A stretch of DNA of 64,000 bases from an uncultured Actinomycetota bacterium (lineage in GTDB: Bacteria > Actinomycetota > Actinomycetes > Propionibacteriales > Nocardioidaceae), in the NCBI GenBank assembly GCA_963845215.1, contig CAWJRK010000016.1:74609-138608 (forward strand), written 5' to 3'. How positions within the stretch are numbered: the first letter of the stretch is position 1; every line of letters starts with the position of its first letter. The notes under the pieces were generated by a model, which did not search any database, was not told where the DNA came from, and saw only the letters and a list, made by a program, of their open reading frames with translations. The position numbers and the translations under genes were made by a program. Of the stretch, positions 21,193-32,045 are shown in pieces.

Positions 21193-21893
21193 GAGGTACC
21201 TCCCGGGTTGGACGGGCCGGCGGCCATCAGGTCGGCGACGCGCCGTTGGGTCTGCTCCTGGACGATCGACCAGAGCCGGTAGCCCACGCGCGCATGGCTC
21301 TCCTGGATCCGGTGGATGCTGTCGGAGTGGATGGTGAAGCAGTAGTCGACATCGGTGCTCGTCGACATCGAGCCACCTGAGTGGCCCGCGAACCCGATGG
21401 TGAGGAGCCCACGCTTCTTGGCCTCGGTCAGCGCCATGATCAGGTCGTCGGAGTTGCCCGACGTGGACAGGGCGATCGCGATGTCGACCGGTTTCGAGTG
21501 GGCGATCACCTGGCGGGAGAAGATCAGCTCGAACCCGACGTCGTTGCCGAGCGCGGTGACCACCGCCTGGTCGGCAGCCAGTGACCAGGCCGGCACGGCG
21601 CGCCCGCGCGCAGGCCGGCAGAACAGCGACGCCAGCGTGGCGGCGTCCGTTGAGCTTCCGCCGTTGCCGAACGTGTAGAGCCGGCCACCCCTCCCGAACC
21701 GGTCGGCCATCTCGGCGCCCGCCAGCTGCAGCATCTGCTCGTACTCGTCCAGGGAGTCCGCTTGCAGGCGTGCACTGACCTCGGCCTTGCCACGCGCCGA
21801 GGCGGCGAGATCGACGAGCAGGCTGCCAGGGTCGTCCTCGGACCCCTCGATGAACGGGTACAGGAAGTCGGTGTTGTCGTTCAGCTCGCTCAT
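21189..21893 (-). CDS. SIS-domain GmhA-like protein
   Basis: FGNGGSSTDA, TALGND, LSTSGNS, HRIQESH. Confidence 0.85.
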   Translation of the reverse strand: MSELNDNTDFLYPFIEGSEDDPGSLLVDLAASARGKAEVSARLQADSLDEYEQMLQLAGAEMADRFGRGGRLYTFGNGGSSTDAATLASLFCRPARGRAVPAWSLAADQAVVTALGNDVGFELIFSRQVIAHSKPVDIAIALSTSGNSDDLIMALTEAKKRGLLTIGFAGHSGGSMSTSTDVDYCFTIHSDSIHRIQESHARVGYRLWSIVQEQTQRRVADLMAAGPSNPGGTS

Positions 21894-22634
21894 CGCGGCG
21901 CCTCCGTGTGCTCGTCGACCCGGGTGATGGCCGCCCCGGCGTGCACGAGCACCAGGTCTCCGGGCGCGACGTCGCCGACCAGCGTGACGTCCACCGCCTC
22001 CTCGCCGGTCGCGGTGCGAACCAGTGCGGGAGAGAACTCGGCTTCGGGCGACAGCACGACCTCGCCGAGACGACCCTCGTCGCTGCAGGTGACGCACACG
22101 TCGTCGGTGCAGTCATCGGCCGCCTCGGCCAGCAGCCCGGGATGTTCGAAGCAGACGTGGGTCAGCTCCCAGAGCAGGTGGTACATCAGCACGAAGCGAC
22201 CTGTGGCCGGGAACCATCGGGTCCTCGGACTCCACCCACAGGACGTGGTCGGCACTGCCGGGGTCGGGCCGGGGCCCGAAGCCGATCCAGATCGTGTGCG
22301 CGCCCCAGGCCGGGGCTCGTCTCATCGTGTCGCGGACCTGCGGGTCGTCGGCGGAGGCGACTGCAATGATCACGTCGCCGGGTCGGGTGGCCACCCGGGC
22401 CTGCGCGACCGGGTCCGGGTCGACCAGCGCAACCGACGGAAGCGCCCGCTTGCCCACGATCACCGGGTGCACGAACTCGACCGCGACGTGGTGGGCATGG
22501 GGCTCCCACTGGGGCGAGATCACCCACAGCGTCGCTCCGGCGTGGAACTTGCGGGCCAGCGAGAGCGACGCGGAGGCGAGGTCGTCACTGAGGTCCTCGC
22601 CGATCAAGCTGGCCGGCTCATGAATGGTGGTCAC
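21890..22634 (-). CDS. Degenerate SIS domain fused to HypC-like domain (frameshift ~22205)
   Basis: HAHHVAVEFVHPVIVGKRALPS..YHLLWELTHV, then CVTCSDEG..GDLVLVHAG. Confidence 0.75.
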
Positions 22635-24979
22635 GTCTCTCCTCGATTCGTTGTCACGAGACCGCTGCCGGCCCGGGCCCGGGCCACAACCGCTTGGCCG
22701 AGCGAGAGGCCGCCGTCGTTGGGCGGCACCCGTCGATGGGTCAGGACCCTCAGGCCCGTGGAGCGCAGCTCTGCGGTCAGCTGGTCGAGCAGCAGCCGGT
22801 TCTGGAAGACGCCGCCCGTGAGTCCGACCGTGTCCACGCCCTGTTCGTTGGCCGCACCGACGACGAGCCGCGTGGTGGCCGAGGCGAGCGCCCGGTGGAA
22901 ACCGAGCGCGAGCGCCTCGCTCGGCCGCCCTGCCCTGACGCCGTCGACCAGGGCTCGCACCAGCCCGCCCAGCCGGAGCTGACCGTCCTCGACGTCCATG
23001 GTCAGCGCCTCAGCGTGCCGACTCGTGCGGGCCAGCGCCTCCAGCTCGATCGCCGCCTGGGCCTCGTAGGTGATGGTGTGGCGAACCCCGAGCAGGGAGG
23101 CCACCCCGTCGAAGAGCCGGCCCATGCTGGTCGTCCGGACACAGCCGACCCCGCCGACCAGCTGCGACCGGACGACGGCCTGTTCCTCGCCCGCGCAGGC
23201 GCTGGCCAGGTCGAGTCCGTCGGCGTCGGTAATGTCCGCGGCATCGAGCAGCGCGATCGCGACCCGGAACGGGTTGCGCACCGCCCGGTCGCCGCCCGCC
23301 AGCGTGAACGGCTCGAGATGGCCGACCCGGGTCGCTGCACCGACGTCGGTGCCCATCAGCAGGAGCTCACCGCCCCACACCGAGCGGTCGCAGCCGTAGC
23401 CGGTGCCGTCGAACGCGACTCCGATCATCGGCGTGCCGAGCAAGCCGTGCTCGGCAAGGAGCGAGGCCACATGGGCGTGGTGGTGCTGCACGGTGACCAG
23501 CGGTACGCCGTGGTCGGCTGCGTAGCGCTTCGCCCACTCGTGCGTGGCGTAGCCGGGATGATCGTCGGCGACCAGGAGCTCGGGGTCGACCGCATGCAGG
23601 GCCGCCAGCTGCTCGACCGCGACACCGAAGGCCTGGAGGCTCTCCAGGCTGCCCATGTCACCGAGGTGTCCGGAGCAGAACGCCATGTCGTCGCGGACCA
23701 GGCAGAACGTGTTCTTCAGCTCGCCGCCCACAGCCAGGGTCACCGGGCCGCCGCTGTGGAGCCGGACGGGAAGCGGGGCGTAGCCGCGCGACCGGCGCAC
23801 CGGCAGCTCCCCGCCGTCCCAGTGCGCCACCACGGAGTCGTCGCAAGGCACCGCGATGCCGCGGTCGTGCATCAAGAAGGCGTCGGCGATGCCCTGCAGC
23901 CGCGTGCGGGCGTCGCGGTTGCGGTAGCACAGCGGCTCGTCGGCGAGGTTGCCCGACGTCATCACGAGCACCTGTGGAGCGCCGTCGACCGGGTCCAGCA
24001 GCAGATGGTGCAGCGGGGTGTAGGGCAGCATCACCCCTATCTCGTCGAGGCCGGGTGCCACCGCGCCGGCGAGGGCCGCGGAGGGCGCCTTGCGGAGCAG
24101 GACGATCGGCCGGGCCGGCTGGGCCAGCGCAGCCTCCTCTGCCGGCGAGACGACCGCAAAGGAGCGCACGGTGGCCAGGTCGCGGGCCATGACCGCGAGC
24201 GGCTTCCCCGGTCGGTGCTTGCGCTCACGCAGTCGCTCGACGGCCTCCGCGTTCGTGGCGTCGCAGGCGAGGTGGAAGCCGCCGATCCCTTTGACCGCGA
24301 GGATCGCCCCGTCCCGGAGAAGTCGCTGGGCCCGCGCGAACACCTCGTCATCGGTGCCGGGTCCCGGGTCGTCCCCGTCCTCGAGCCAGAGGCGCGGGCC
24401 GCAGTCATGGCAGGCGATCGGCTGCGCGTGGTAGCGACGGTCGGCCGGGTCGGCGTACTCGTGCCGGCACTGCGCGCACATCTCGAACCCGGCCATGGTC
24501 GTGGCCGGCCGGTCATAGGGCAGGTCACGGATGATCGTGAACCTCGGACCGCAGTTCGTGCAAGTGATGAAGGGGTGCCGGAAGCGACGGTCCGCAGGGT
24601 CGGACATCTCGTCGAGGCAGTCTGCGCACGTGCCGACGTCCGGAGAGACCAGGGTGCGCGCACCGACCCTCGTCCGGCTGGGCACGATCGCGAACGACGT
24701 GTCACCGGCGGTGGGAAGGGACTCGTCGAACACTTGGTCGACCACCGCCATCGGAGGCGCGTCGGCACGGAGTCTCCGGATCAGCTCCTCGAGCGCGCCC
24801 GGTGACCCCTCAGCCTCGATGAAGACGCTCACCAGGTCGTTGCCGCAGTGCCCGGTCAGCCCCAGCTCCGCCGCCACCTTCGCCACGAAGGGGCGGAAGC
24901 CGACGCCTTGGACCACTCCGCGCACCACGATCCGACGGCGTTGCACCGGGTCGGTGGCGAGCATCACCGCGTCAGGCAC
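22631..24979 (-). CDS. hypF: Carbamoyltransferase HypF
   Basis: GVVQGVGFRP, zinc-finger CxxC pairs, KGIGGFHL, QHHHAH, PPNDGGLSLGQ. Confidence 0.97.
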   Translation of the reverse strand: MPDAVMLATDPVQRRRIVVRGVVQGVGFRPFVAKVAAELGLTGHCGNDLVSVFIEAEGSPGALEELIRRLRADAPPMAVVDQVFDESLPTAGDTSFAIVPSRTRVGARTLVSPDVGTCADCLDEMSDPADRRFRHPFITCTNCGPRFTIIRDLPYDRPATTMAGFEMCAQCRHEYADPADRRYHAQPIACHDCGPRLWLEDGDDPGPGTDDEVFARAQRLLRDGAILAVKGIGGFHLACDATNAEAVERLRERKHRPGKPLAVMARDLATVRSFAVVSPAEEAALAQPARPIVLLRKAPSAALAGAVAPGLDEIGVMLPYTPLHHLLLDPVDGAPQVLVMTSGNLADEPLCYRNRDARTRLQGIADAFLMHDRGIAVPCDDSVVAHWDGGELPVRRSRGYAPLPVRLHSGGPVTLAVGGELKNTFCLVRDDMAFCSGHLGDMGSLESLQAFGVAVEQLAALHAVDPELLVADDHPGYATHEWAKRYAADHGVPLVTVQHHHAHVASLLAEHGLLGTPMIGVAFDGTGYGCDRSVWGGELLLMGTDVGAATRVGHLEPFTLAGGDRAVRNPFRVAIALLDAADITDADGLDLASACAGEEQAVVRSQLVGGVGCVRTTSMGRLFDGVASLLGVRHTITYEAQAAIELEALARTSRHAEALTMDVEDGQLRLGGLVRALVDGVRAGRPSEALALGFHRALASATTRLVVGAANEQGVDTVGLTGGVFQNRLLLDQLTAELRSTGLRVLTHRRVPPNDGGLSLGQAVVARARAGSGLVTTNRGET

Positions 24980-25241
24980 GGCTGCTCTCCGAGAGGTCGT
25001 CTGGTTCCCGCGCCTGGCCCATCATCTCGAGCCCGGTCATCGCCTTCTCGGCACCGACCGCGTCGATCCGCTCCAGTGCGAACCCCATGTGGATCAGCAC
25101 CCACTCGCCAGGCTCGACCGCGATGTCCTCCAGCATGCCGAGGTTGATCGGGCGCTGGGCGCCCAGCACGTCGACGAGCGCGAGCATGCCCTCGTTGCCG
25201 TCGAGCACCCGCACGACCTGTCCCGGAATTCCGAGGCACAT
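24972..25241 (-). CDS. hypC: HypC chaperone (second copy)
   Basis: MCLGIPG, WVLIHMGFA. Confidence 0.93.
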   Translation of the reverse strand: MCLGIPGQVVRVLDGNEGMLALVDVLGAQRPINLGMLEDIAVEPGEWVLIHMGFALERIDAVGAEKAMTGLEMMGQAREPDDLSESSRA

Positions 25242-25242
25242 G

Positions 25243-25731
25243 TCAGCTCCCTCCGTTGGTGGTGCGGGCCGGGATCTGCTGGGCGAGCACCGCGTGGACC
25301 TGGGCGATCGCCTCCGGGATCGCCGCCTCCACCGGCTCGGAGAGCCCGATCCGCTCATCCACGTCGAGCGGCGTGCACCCCACGACGTACGTCGGCGGCA
25401 GTTCCCCGCCCAGACTGGCCAGGTTGGCCAGCACGGCGACCGGCGCCATGCCGTGCGGGTCGAAGTCCCCCTCCCCGAGGTCGGCCTCGCCCACGTGCAT
25501 CGCGCTCACGGTGCCCGGCCGGCCGCTGCCCGGGAGGGCGTCGACGATGACCAGTGCGTCGTAGCCGTCGAGCAGGTCGTAGGCGAGATGCATGCCGCGG
25601 ATGCCGTAGTCGACCGCGCGCACCTCCTCGGGCAGGACTCCGGACGCAGCGATCCGCCGGACGACCTCGGGACCGAACCCGTCGTCGCCGCAGAAGAGGT
25701 TGCCGATGCCGGCCAGCAGCACCCGGGTCAG
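25243..25731 (-). CDS. Hydrogenase maturation endopeptidase (HupD/HyaD type)
   Basis: LAGIGNLFCGDDGFG, DYGIRG, IVDA, DPHGM. Start CTG 25731 or GTG 25722. Confidence 0.92.
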   Translation of the reverse strand: MTRVLLAGIGNLFCGDDGFGPEVVRRIAASGVLPEEVRAVDYGIRGMHLAYDLLDGYDALVIVDALPGSGRPGTVSAMHVGEADLGEGDFDPHGMAPVAVLANLASLGGELPPTYVVGCTPLDVDERIGLSEPVEAAIPEAIAQVHAVLAQQIPARTTNGGS

Positions 25732-26033
25732 GGCTTGTCCTCCGCCCGTCCGGTCCCGGGTTCGTGTGCCGGACCTGTCGTCCCCGGCTCGGGGTCCGGT
25801 TCGGTCTCGGGAGCGTCTTCGGCGGGCTGCTCGTCGGCCGGTGAGCCACCCCCGCCGGAGCCCGGGTCGGCGGGGCCGGCGCCCTCGACCGGATTGCCGG
25901 CACCCCCGGTCCGGGCACCGTCCTTGACGGCCTCGTCAGCGTCATCGACGTCAGCCGACTCCTTGCGGCCCTCGTAGGGCGGGACCGTCGTCCCCTCGGT
26001 GTCGGGGTTGTCCGCGTCTGGGCTCGTGGTCAT
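25728..26033 (-). CDS. Acidic low-complexity hypothetical protein
   Basis: 101 aa, D/E/P/G-rich, GAGGAG SD, co-oriented in the operon. Confidence 0.6.
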   Translation of the reverse strand: MTTSPDADNPDTEGTTVPPYEGRKESADVDDADEAVKDGARTGGAGNPVEGAGPADPGSGGGGSPADEQPAEDAPETEPDPEPGTTGPAHEPGTGRAEDKP

Positions 26034-26055
26034 TGCGTCTCCTCTTCTGTCGTGA

Positions 26056-26265
26056 TCACCCGCCGGACTGCAGGTCCGGCGCGTCGGGGTCCTCTGCCTC
26101 GTCCTCGGCGATCCCGGTGTCGGGCCGGTCCTCGTCGTCCGCCTTTCCTTCGGGCCGGTCTACCGGTCCACCGGACGGCTCGTCGGATCCGGTGTCGCGC
26201 GAGCCCTCGGCGCCGCGCTCCTCCTGCGGCTCTTCTTCGACCTGCTCACCTGGCGTTTCACTCAT
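26056..26265 (-). CDS. Highly acidic small hypothetical protein
   Basis: 69 aa, GAGGAGGA SD, D/E-rich. Confidence 0.6.
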   Translation of the reverse strand: MSETPGEQVEEEPQEERGAEGSRDTGSDEPSGGPVDRPEGKADDEDRPDTGIAEDEAEDPDAPDLQSGG

Positions 26266-26295
26266 GCTGTCCTCCTCAGCTGTTCTCGGGTCGGG

Positions 26296-26415
26296 TCACA
26301 TCGAGCGGATCTTGAGGTACCTCCTGATGTCCGGGATGGACATGATCAGGACGACGAGCAGACCGACGACGACAACGGCGACGGTGGCCGTGGTCACGAT
26401 TCCGACGACTCTCAT
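26296..26415 (-). CDS. 39-aa single-TM protein of group 1h clusters (DUF6893-like)
   Basis: Hydrophobic stretch then PDIRRYLKIRSM; AGGAG SD; ATGA overlap. Confidence 0.8.
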   Translation of the reverse strand: MRVVGIVTTATVAVVVVGLLVVLIMSIPDIRRYLKIRSM

Positions 26416-27811
26416 GGGCGACTCTCCTCTCGTGCTTGGTCCAGCGGTTCGAGCTCTTCGGGGGCGAAGTAGAAGTAGCGGCCGTACCACTCGTGCAGGT
26501 CCGCCGCGGGATCCTCGACGAGCACCAGCGGCGACGTGGGTGCCGCCGTCGACGTCGGAGAGGACCGCGGTCACCCGGGCCACCTGGTCGGCGAAGAAGA
26601 GATCCTGCGCGTCGGCCCGGCGCGACGGGTGGACCCGCACCAGGCTGCCCTTCGCGACTGCCACGCCGTCGATCAGGACGCTGTCGGTCTCGGGCCGCAC
26701 GCTCTCGTCGGCCGCCGGGTCCCACCACGGGTCCTCGTCCGTGGTGAACAGGTCGGCCGGCGGCATCGCGGTCGGAGCGTGCGGGTCGCGCAGCACGCCG
26801 TGCAGGTCGCGCAGGGTCTCCGGCGACATCTGGTCGCACCGGTCGATGATCTCCGCCGCCCGTGGGTCGGTGGCCCGGGCCTCGGCCTTCTCGGCGTCGG
26901 TCATGGTCATCACCCGCAGGGTCAGGATCTCGTCGATCTCGGTCGAGTCGAACAGCGCGCCTGCACTCTGCTCCGCGATCTCCGGGTAGTCGTAGAGGAT
27001 GATCGGAGAGCCCAGCACCACATCGCTGGAACCCTCGGCTCCGACCAGCACCGGGTAGCACCGGTCCTGCACACAGCGCCCGGCGGGCTCCGCGGCCTCG
27101 TCGGGTGGCTCGAGCAGGGACACGAACCCGGCCCCCGCAGCGACCGCGAGGACGTGGGTGCCGATGAGCGAGACGCGGATCGCCTCGTCCTTGCCGTGTA
27201 CGTCGTCAGGATGGGCGTTGTCCACCGTCACGCCGAGCCGGACGAACCCGTCGTCGGGAGCGGCCACGATGCCGACTTCGACCCGCAGTGCCAGACGGCG
27301 ACGGACGATCCGGCCACGGGTCGTGCCGGTCGCGTCGACGACCGGCTCGATCTCCTCCGCGGCCGGGATCTCGAGCGGGATCCGTAGCCAGTCCTGTTCG
27401 GAGCGGGTCAGCGCTTCCATGACGTCGTACGCCGGCAGCGCATGCTCGCACTCGACCGCTTCGTCCCAGCTGAGCAGCAACTGCCCGTCGACGGCCAGCG
27501 AGTCGACGCCGACGAACTGGTCGCCGACGAGCCTCTCGACCGACCGGGTCTGGAGCTGGAGGAACCGCAGGTGCAGGGTCACCGAGGCGACCGCATGTCT
27601 GCCCTTGGGTGCGAGCAGGCACTGGAAGGACATCCCCGGCGCCTCGGCGAAGCTCGCTGCGGATGCCTGTCGGCGGGCCGAGGACGCCGAACTGCCAGCG
27701 GGACTGGTTCTTCGACGAGCTCGCACGGTAGGGGTAGAGCAGGTAGCCCTCGTAGAGGACGGCGTCGGCGATCGCGCGGACCCGGTCGAGCGGCTCCTCG
27801 GTGGGTGTCAT
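26412..27811 (-). CDS. Conserved group 1h hydrogenase accessory protein (frameshifts ~27665, ~26530)
   Basis: IADAVLYEGYLLYPYR..RWQFG, SPIILYDYP, FDSTEIDEILTLR, GRYFYF. Confidence 0.8.
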
Positions 27812-28450
27812 TGCGTCGCACCGTCCCGGGCCCCGAGCAGGGACTGCACGGTCTCTTCCCAGCTGGTCAGCCCGTGCCGGGACTTGAAGTCGGCCAGCTC
27901 GGCCAGCACCTCGTGGTCGAGGCGGATCCAGCCGCTGTTGGGAAAGTAGGAGGCGATCATCCTTCTTCCAGACCTCCACGGGGAGGAGGTAGGACGCCTC
28001 GCAGTCCCAGGGGACCTGCTGAACCCCGAAACCGTGCACGCCCTTTGTGAACACGGTCCCCGAGAACAGCAGGGTCAGCGGAATGGTGCCCCCGCCGACC
28101 CCGTGCAGGAAGCGGGAGCCGGTGACGTCGAAGTCGTAGGTGCAGGGCAGGGCGAGGTCCACCTCGGTGGCCCCGGTGAAGCCCTGGACCATCGCGCTGC
28201 ACTGCATCCACAGGAATGGCTTGAGGGTCTCGGCCCACCGTTCCCGTTCTCCGAACAGCGCACGCAGGCCCGACTCGTCGGCCTCCTCGTACCGCCTCCG
28301 CTGCGGTTCGATGCGGACCTGGCAGCGCAACGCGATGGCGTGGATGGTCTCGCCGGAGGACTCCTCGATGCGCAGCCGTGCCGTGAGCTGGGGATCGGCG
28401 GCGTACGGCTCGGCGAAGATGTCGAGGATCGAGAACGTGTAGGTGCCCAT
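27808..28450 (-). CDS. Group 1h accessory protein (DUF6084-like; frameshift ~27960)
   Basis: LRCQVRIEP, LFGERERW, LPCTYDF, LLFSGTVF, VPWDCE. Confidence 0.8.
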
Positions 28451-29120
28451 CAGCGGCCGCCGCCCTGGTCGGGCGCGGGAGGCGCCGGGCGGCTGCGCTC
28501 CTCCACCGTCGCGAAGAACTCCGCGATCGCGAGGTGCGCGTCCTGGCCACCGTCGAACCCGCGCCACATCGAGCGCAGCCGGCCCACCAGCTCATAGCAG
28601 GCGTCGATCGGCACGAGGTGGGCGCTGAAGCCCGGGTGATCGTCGCGGTCGGGACCGCGCACCAGCAGGGCCTCGACGTCGGCTCTGAGCAGGCCGAGCT
28701 GCGGGTTGGCGGCCACGATCCGGGTCCAGGCCTCGAGCGGGAGCTCGGACTCGGTGGCGCCCGCGGGGCCCGGGTAGAAGGCGATCGTCCGGTTCTGCAC
28801 CGAGTTGTGGAACAGGAACGCCAGCCCGACCGGGATCTGCAGGTCGTCCCACTCGCTGGCACCGAAGACGAAGCCGGGAAGGACAGGTAGCGGTCCGGGA
28901 CCGCGCGGTAGCGGAGCTCGGCCTGCTCGGCGGTGAACAGCAGGTAGCAGCCCCGGCAGGTGCACATCAGCGCCCGGCTCTCGAGGTTCACCACGTGCTG
29001 GTGCTCGCCGGCGATCGGCTGGGCGCACATCTCGCACCGCTCGCCCTCCACCGGCGTGGGGCGGGTCGAGGTGATCTGCCGCAGCGAGGCCAGCGGGTTC
29101 GCGCCGCGGATGGTGCTCAC
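28450..29120 (-). CDS. Group 1h accessory protein (DUF5947-like; frameshift ~28875)
   Basis: ERCEMC..H.H..CTCRGC, IPVGLAF, YPGPAGATES, VPIDACYELVG. Confidence 0.8.
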
Positions 29121-29263
29121 GACTCGTCCCCGTGCACGGCGCACCCTGGGTCGACGGCGCCGAGCTCGAGGTGCCGGGGGTCGCAGGTGCAGCTACCGCC
29201 GGTCACGGCGTCCGGCCGCTCGTCGTCAACCCCGCCGAGCGCGTCGGGACCCGAGGTGCTCAC
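29117..29263 (-). CDS. 48-aa CxC-x13-CxxH microprotein
   Basis: MSTSGPDALGGVDDERPDAVTGGSCTCDPRHLELGAVDPGCAVHGDES; GTGA overlaps at both ends. Confidence 0.65.
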   Translation of the reverse strand: MSTSGPDALGGVDDERPDAVTGGSCTCDPRHLELGAVDPGCAVHGDES

Positions 29264-30196
29264 GCCGAGACCGGTTGGGCGAGGGCCACCGAGGGCACGC
29301 CACCCTCGACGAGCAGGGGCAGCGGAGTCAGGTGCAGCGCCTCGTCGTCGAGGCAGGCGCCAGCACGTCGTACGTCGAAGTGCGCACCGCAGCCAGGGCA
29401 CCTCAACACAGCCTCACCAACAGCGGCACCCAACCTGCGAGACAGTGCGGCTCCGCGCATCGAGGCCTCGCACCTGGCGCAGCGATCGTGGTAGGCGAAG
29501 AGGTCCGAGCCGATGCGGCTCACGAGCACGTCGGTGGAGCCGACCACGACCACCGTGGTGGCGCCCGCGGCCAGGTCCGCCAGCGCGGGCACGGGCTCCC
29601 ACGAGGGGGTTGACTCGCCGTCCGCCGGACCCAGGCGCGAACGCAGCGACGAGACCGGGATCAGCGTCTCCGCAGCAGCTGTCGCAGGGGCGTCCTCGAC
29701 CACGATGCCGGTGATGTCCGGTGCGGCCGCCTCGATCGCCCCCTCGACCGCGAGCTTCAGCGTGACCGACGACGACGGGCAGCCGTCGCAGCTGCCGAGC
29801 AACCGCAGCCGGACCGTGCCCTCCTCGGTCACCTCGATCAGCTCTACGTCGCCGCCGTGCGACCCGAGGTAGGGGCGCACGCTCTCGAGCGCCTGCTCGA
29901 CCCGTTGTCCGACGTCGTACGGATGCAGTCCGTGCACCAGCAGCAGGCTCGAGACCAGGTCGTCGGCGGCGAGCGACGCCAGGACCTCCTCGTCGAGACG
30001 GCCCGCGTCGTAGACGATGTCGAGCACGCGCTCCAAGCCCCGCGCCGTACAGGTCGGCCACCAGGCGGACCAGCTCCTCGGCGCGTTCGCGCGCCACGAC
30101 TCCGCCCGCACCACTCGCGTCGAGCAGGGTGTCGATCCGCTCACCGGTGGCCCTGAGGTCGATCGGCTGCGGGGCGGTCGGCTGCACCGGGATCAT
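29260..30196 (-). CDS. NifU-C/Rieske-like Fe-S protein of group 1h clusters (frameshift ~30040)
   Basis: VRPYLGSHGGDVE, GSCDGCPSS, CARC..CPGCGAHFD. Confidence 0.85.
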
Positions 30197-30202
30197 CCAT
30201 GG

Positions 30203-31997
30203 CTACCCCGAGACGGACTGCGTCGGTGAATGCATCAGCTCGAGCTTCTGGCCGTCGCCGAGGTACATGTGCACGCCGCAGGGCAGACAGGGGTCGAAGC
30301 TGCGCACCGTGCGCATGATGTCGATGCCCTTGAAGTGCTCGCGGTCGTTCTCCTCGAAGATCGGCTGGCCCTGCACCGCGTCCTCGTAGGGTCCGGGGGT
30401 GCCGTAGGAGTCACGCGGGTTGGCGTTCCAGGGGGTCGGCGGGTACGGGTGGTAGTTGGCGATCTTCCCGTCCCGGATCACCATGTGGTGGCTCAGCACC
30501 CCACGCACCGCTTCGGTGAACCCGCAGCCGATGCCCTCGTCGGGCACCGTGAACTTCTCCCACGTCTTCGTGCGACCCGCTCGGATCTCGACCAGGGCCT
30601 TCTCGGCGAAGTGCAGCGCGCAGGCCGCGGCGTAGGCCTGGAAGTAGGTGCGGGCCCGGTTGCGCTCGATCGTGTTGCTCCACTGGGGCACCTTCCACTC
30701 GAGCTCGACCGGACCCTTGAGGGCGGTCTTGGGAAGGTTGATCTTCACCGAGCTGCCGGTGGACTGGACGTAGCCGATGTCGACCAGGCCGGCCAGAGCG
30801 GTCGACCACAGCCGGGCCAGCGGGCCACCGCCGGTGTCGAGGGCCAGGTAGTCCTTGCCGTCGAACCAGCGCGGCGACATCACCCAGCTGTACTTGTCGT
30901 CGAGGTCGCGCTTCTGGGGGCGCGGGTTGGTGTGCTGGTTCCAGGGATGCCGGCGATCGACGGGATTGCCCAGTGGGTCCTTCTCGACGAACATCTCCTG
31001 CCCTTCCCAGTCGTCGTAGTACGACGAGCCGAGCAGGATCCGGATGCCGAGGTTGATCTCCACCAGGTCGGTGGTGACCAGCTTGCCGTCCACGACGACG
31101 CCGGGGGTGACGTACATCTTGCGTCCCCAGTTGGTCATGTCCTTGTACTCGAAGTTGCAGTGCTCCGGGTCCTGGAAGGAGCCCCAGCACGCCAGCAGGA
31201 TGCGCCGGTTGCCGACCTGCTCGTAGCCGGGCAGGGCCTGGTAGAAGAAGTCGAAGAGGTCGTCGTGCATCGGCACGACCTTCTTCATGAACTCCACGTA
31301 GCGCATCAGCCGGGTGATGTAGTCGGTCATCAGCTGGATCGTGGCCACGGTGCCGACACCGCCCGGGTAGAGCGTGGAGGGGTGCACGTGGCGGCCCTCC
31401 ATCAGGCAGAACATCTCGCGGGTCCAGCGGCTGACCTGCAGCGCCTCGCGGTAGAACTCGCCGGTGAACGGGTTCAACGACCGCATGATGTCGCCGATCG
31501 TCCGGTAGCCGTGGGCGTCCGCGTGCGGCGCCTCCGTGCGGTTCGCCATCTCCAGGACGCGCGGGGTTGGTCTCGGCGACCATCTTCTCGCAGTAGTCCA
31601 CCCCGACCAGGTTCTCCTGGAAGATGTTGTGGTCGAACATGTACTCGGCGGCCTCGCCGAGGTTGACGATCCACTCACCGAGGTGCGGTGGCTTCACGCC
31701 GTACGCCATGTTCTGGGCGTAGCACGAGCAGGTCGCGTGGTTGTCACCGCAGATGCCGCAGATCCGGCTGGTGATGAAGTGCGCGTCGCGCGGGTCCTTG
31801 CCCTTCATGAAGATCGAGTAGCCGCGGAAGATCGAGCTGGTGCTCTTGCACTCGGCGACGACCCTCTGCTTGAAGTCGATCTTGGTGTAGATCCCGAGGC
31901 TCCCGACGATGCGGGTGATCGGGTCCCACGCCATGTCGACGAGGCCTTCGGAGCTGCTGTCCTGGAACGTGCTGGGCGATGGGATGGTCGACGTCAT
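30203..31997 (-). CDS. hhyL: Group 1h [NiFe]-hydrogenase large subunit (frameshift ~31560)
   Basis: WDPITRIVG; L1 ITSRICGICGDNHATCS; L2 RSFDPCLPCGVH plus cleavable C-terminal tail. Confidence 0.95.
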
Positions 31998-32045
31998 GCG
32001 TCGCCCCTTCCTGGGTCGGTGGAGCCAGTGGTCAGTGGGAGGGAC

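Noticed and set aside
22694-24805. Long antisense and alternative-frame ORFs (also 50554-52794, 36723-38597)
   Set aside because: Shadow ORFs of high-GC genes with no recognisable motifs.
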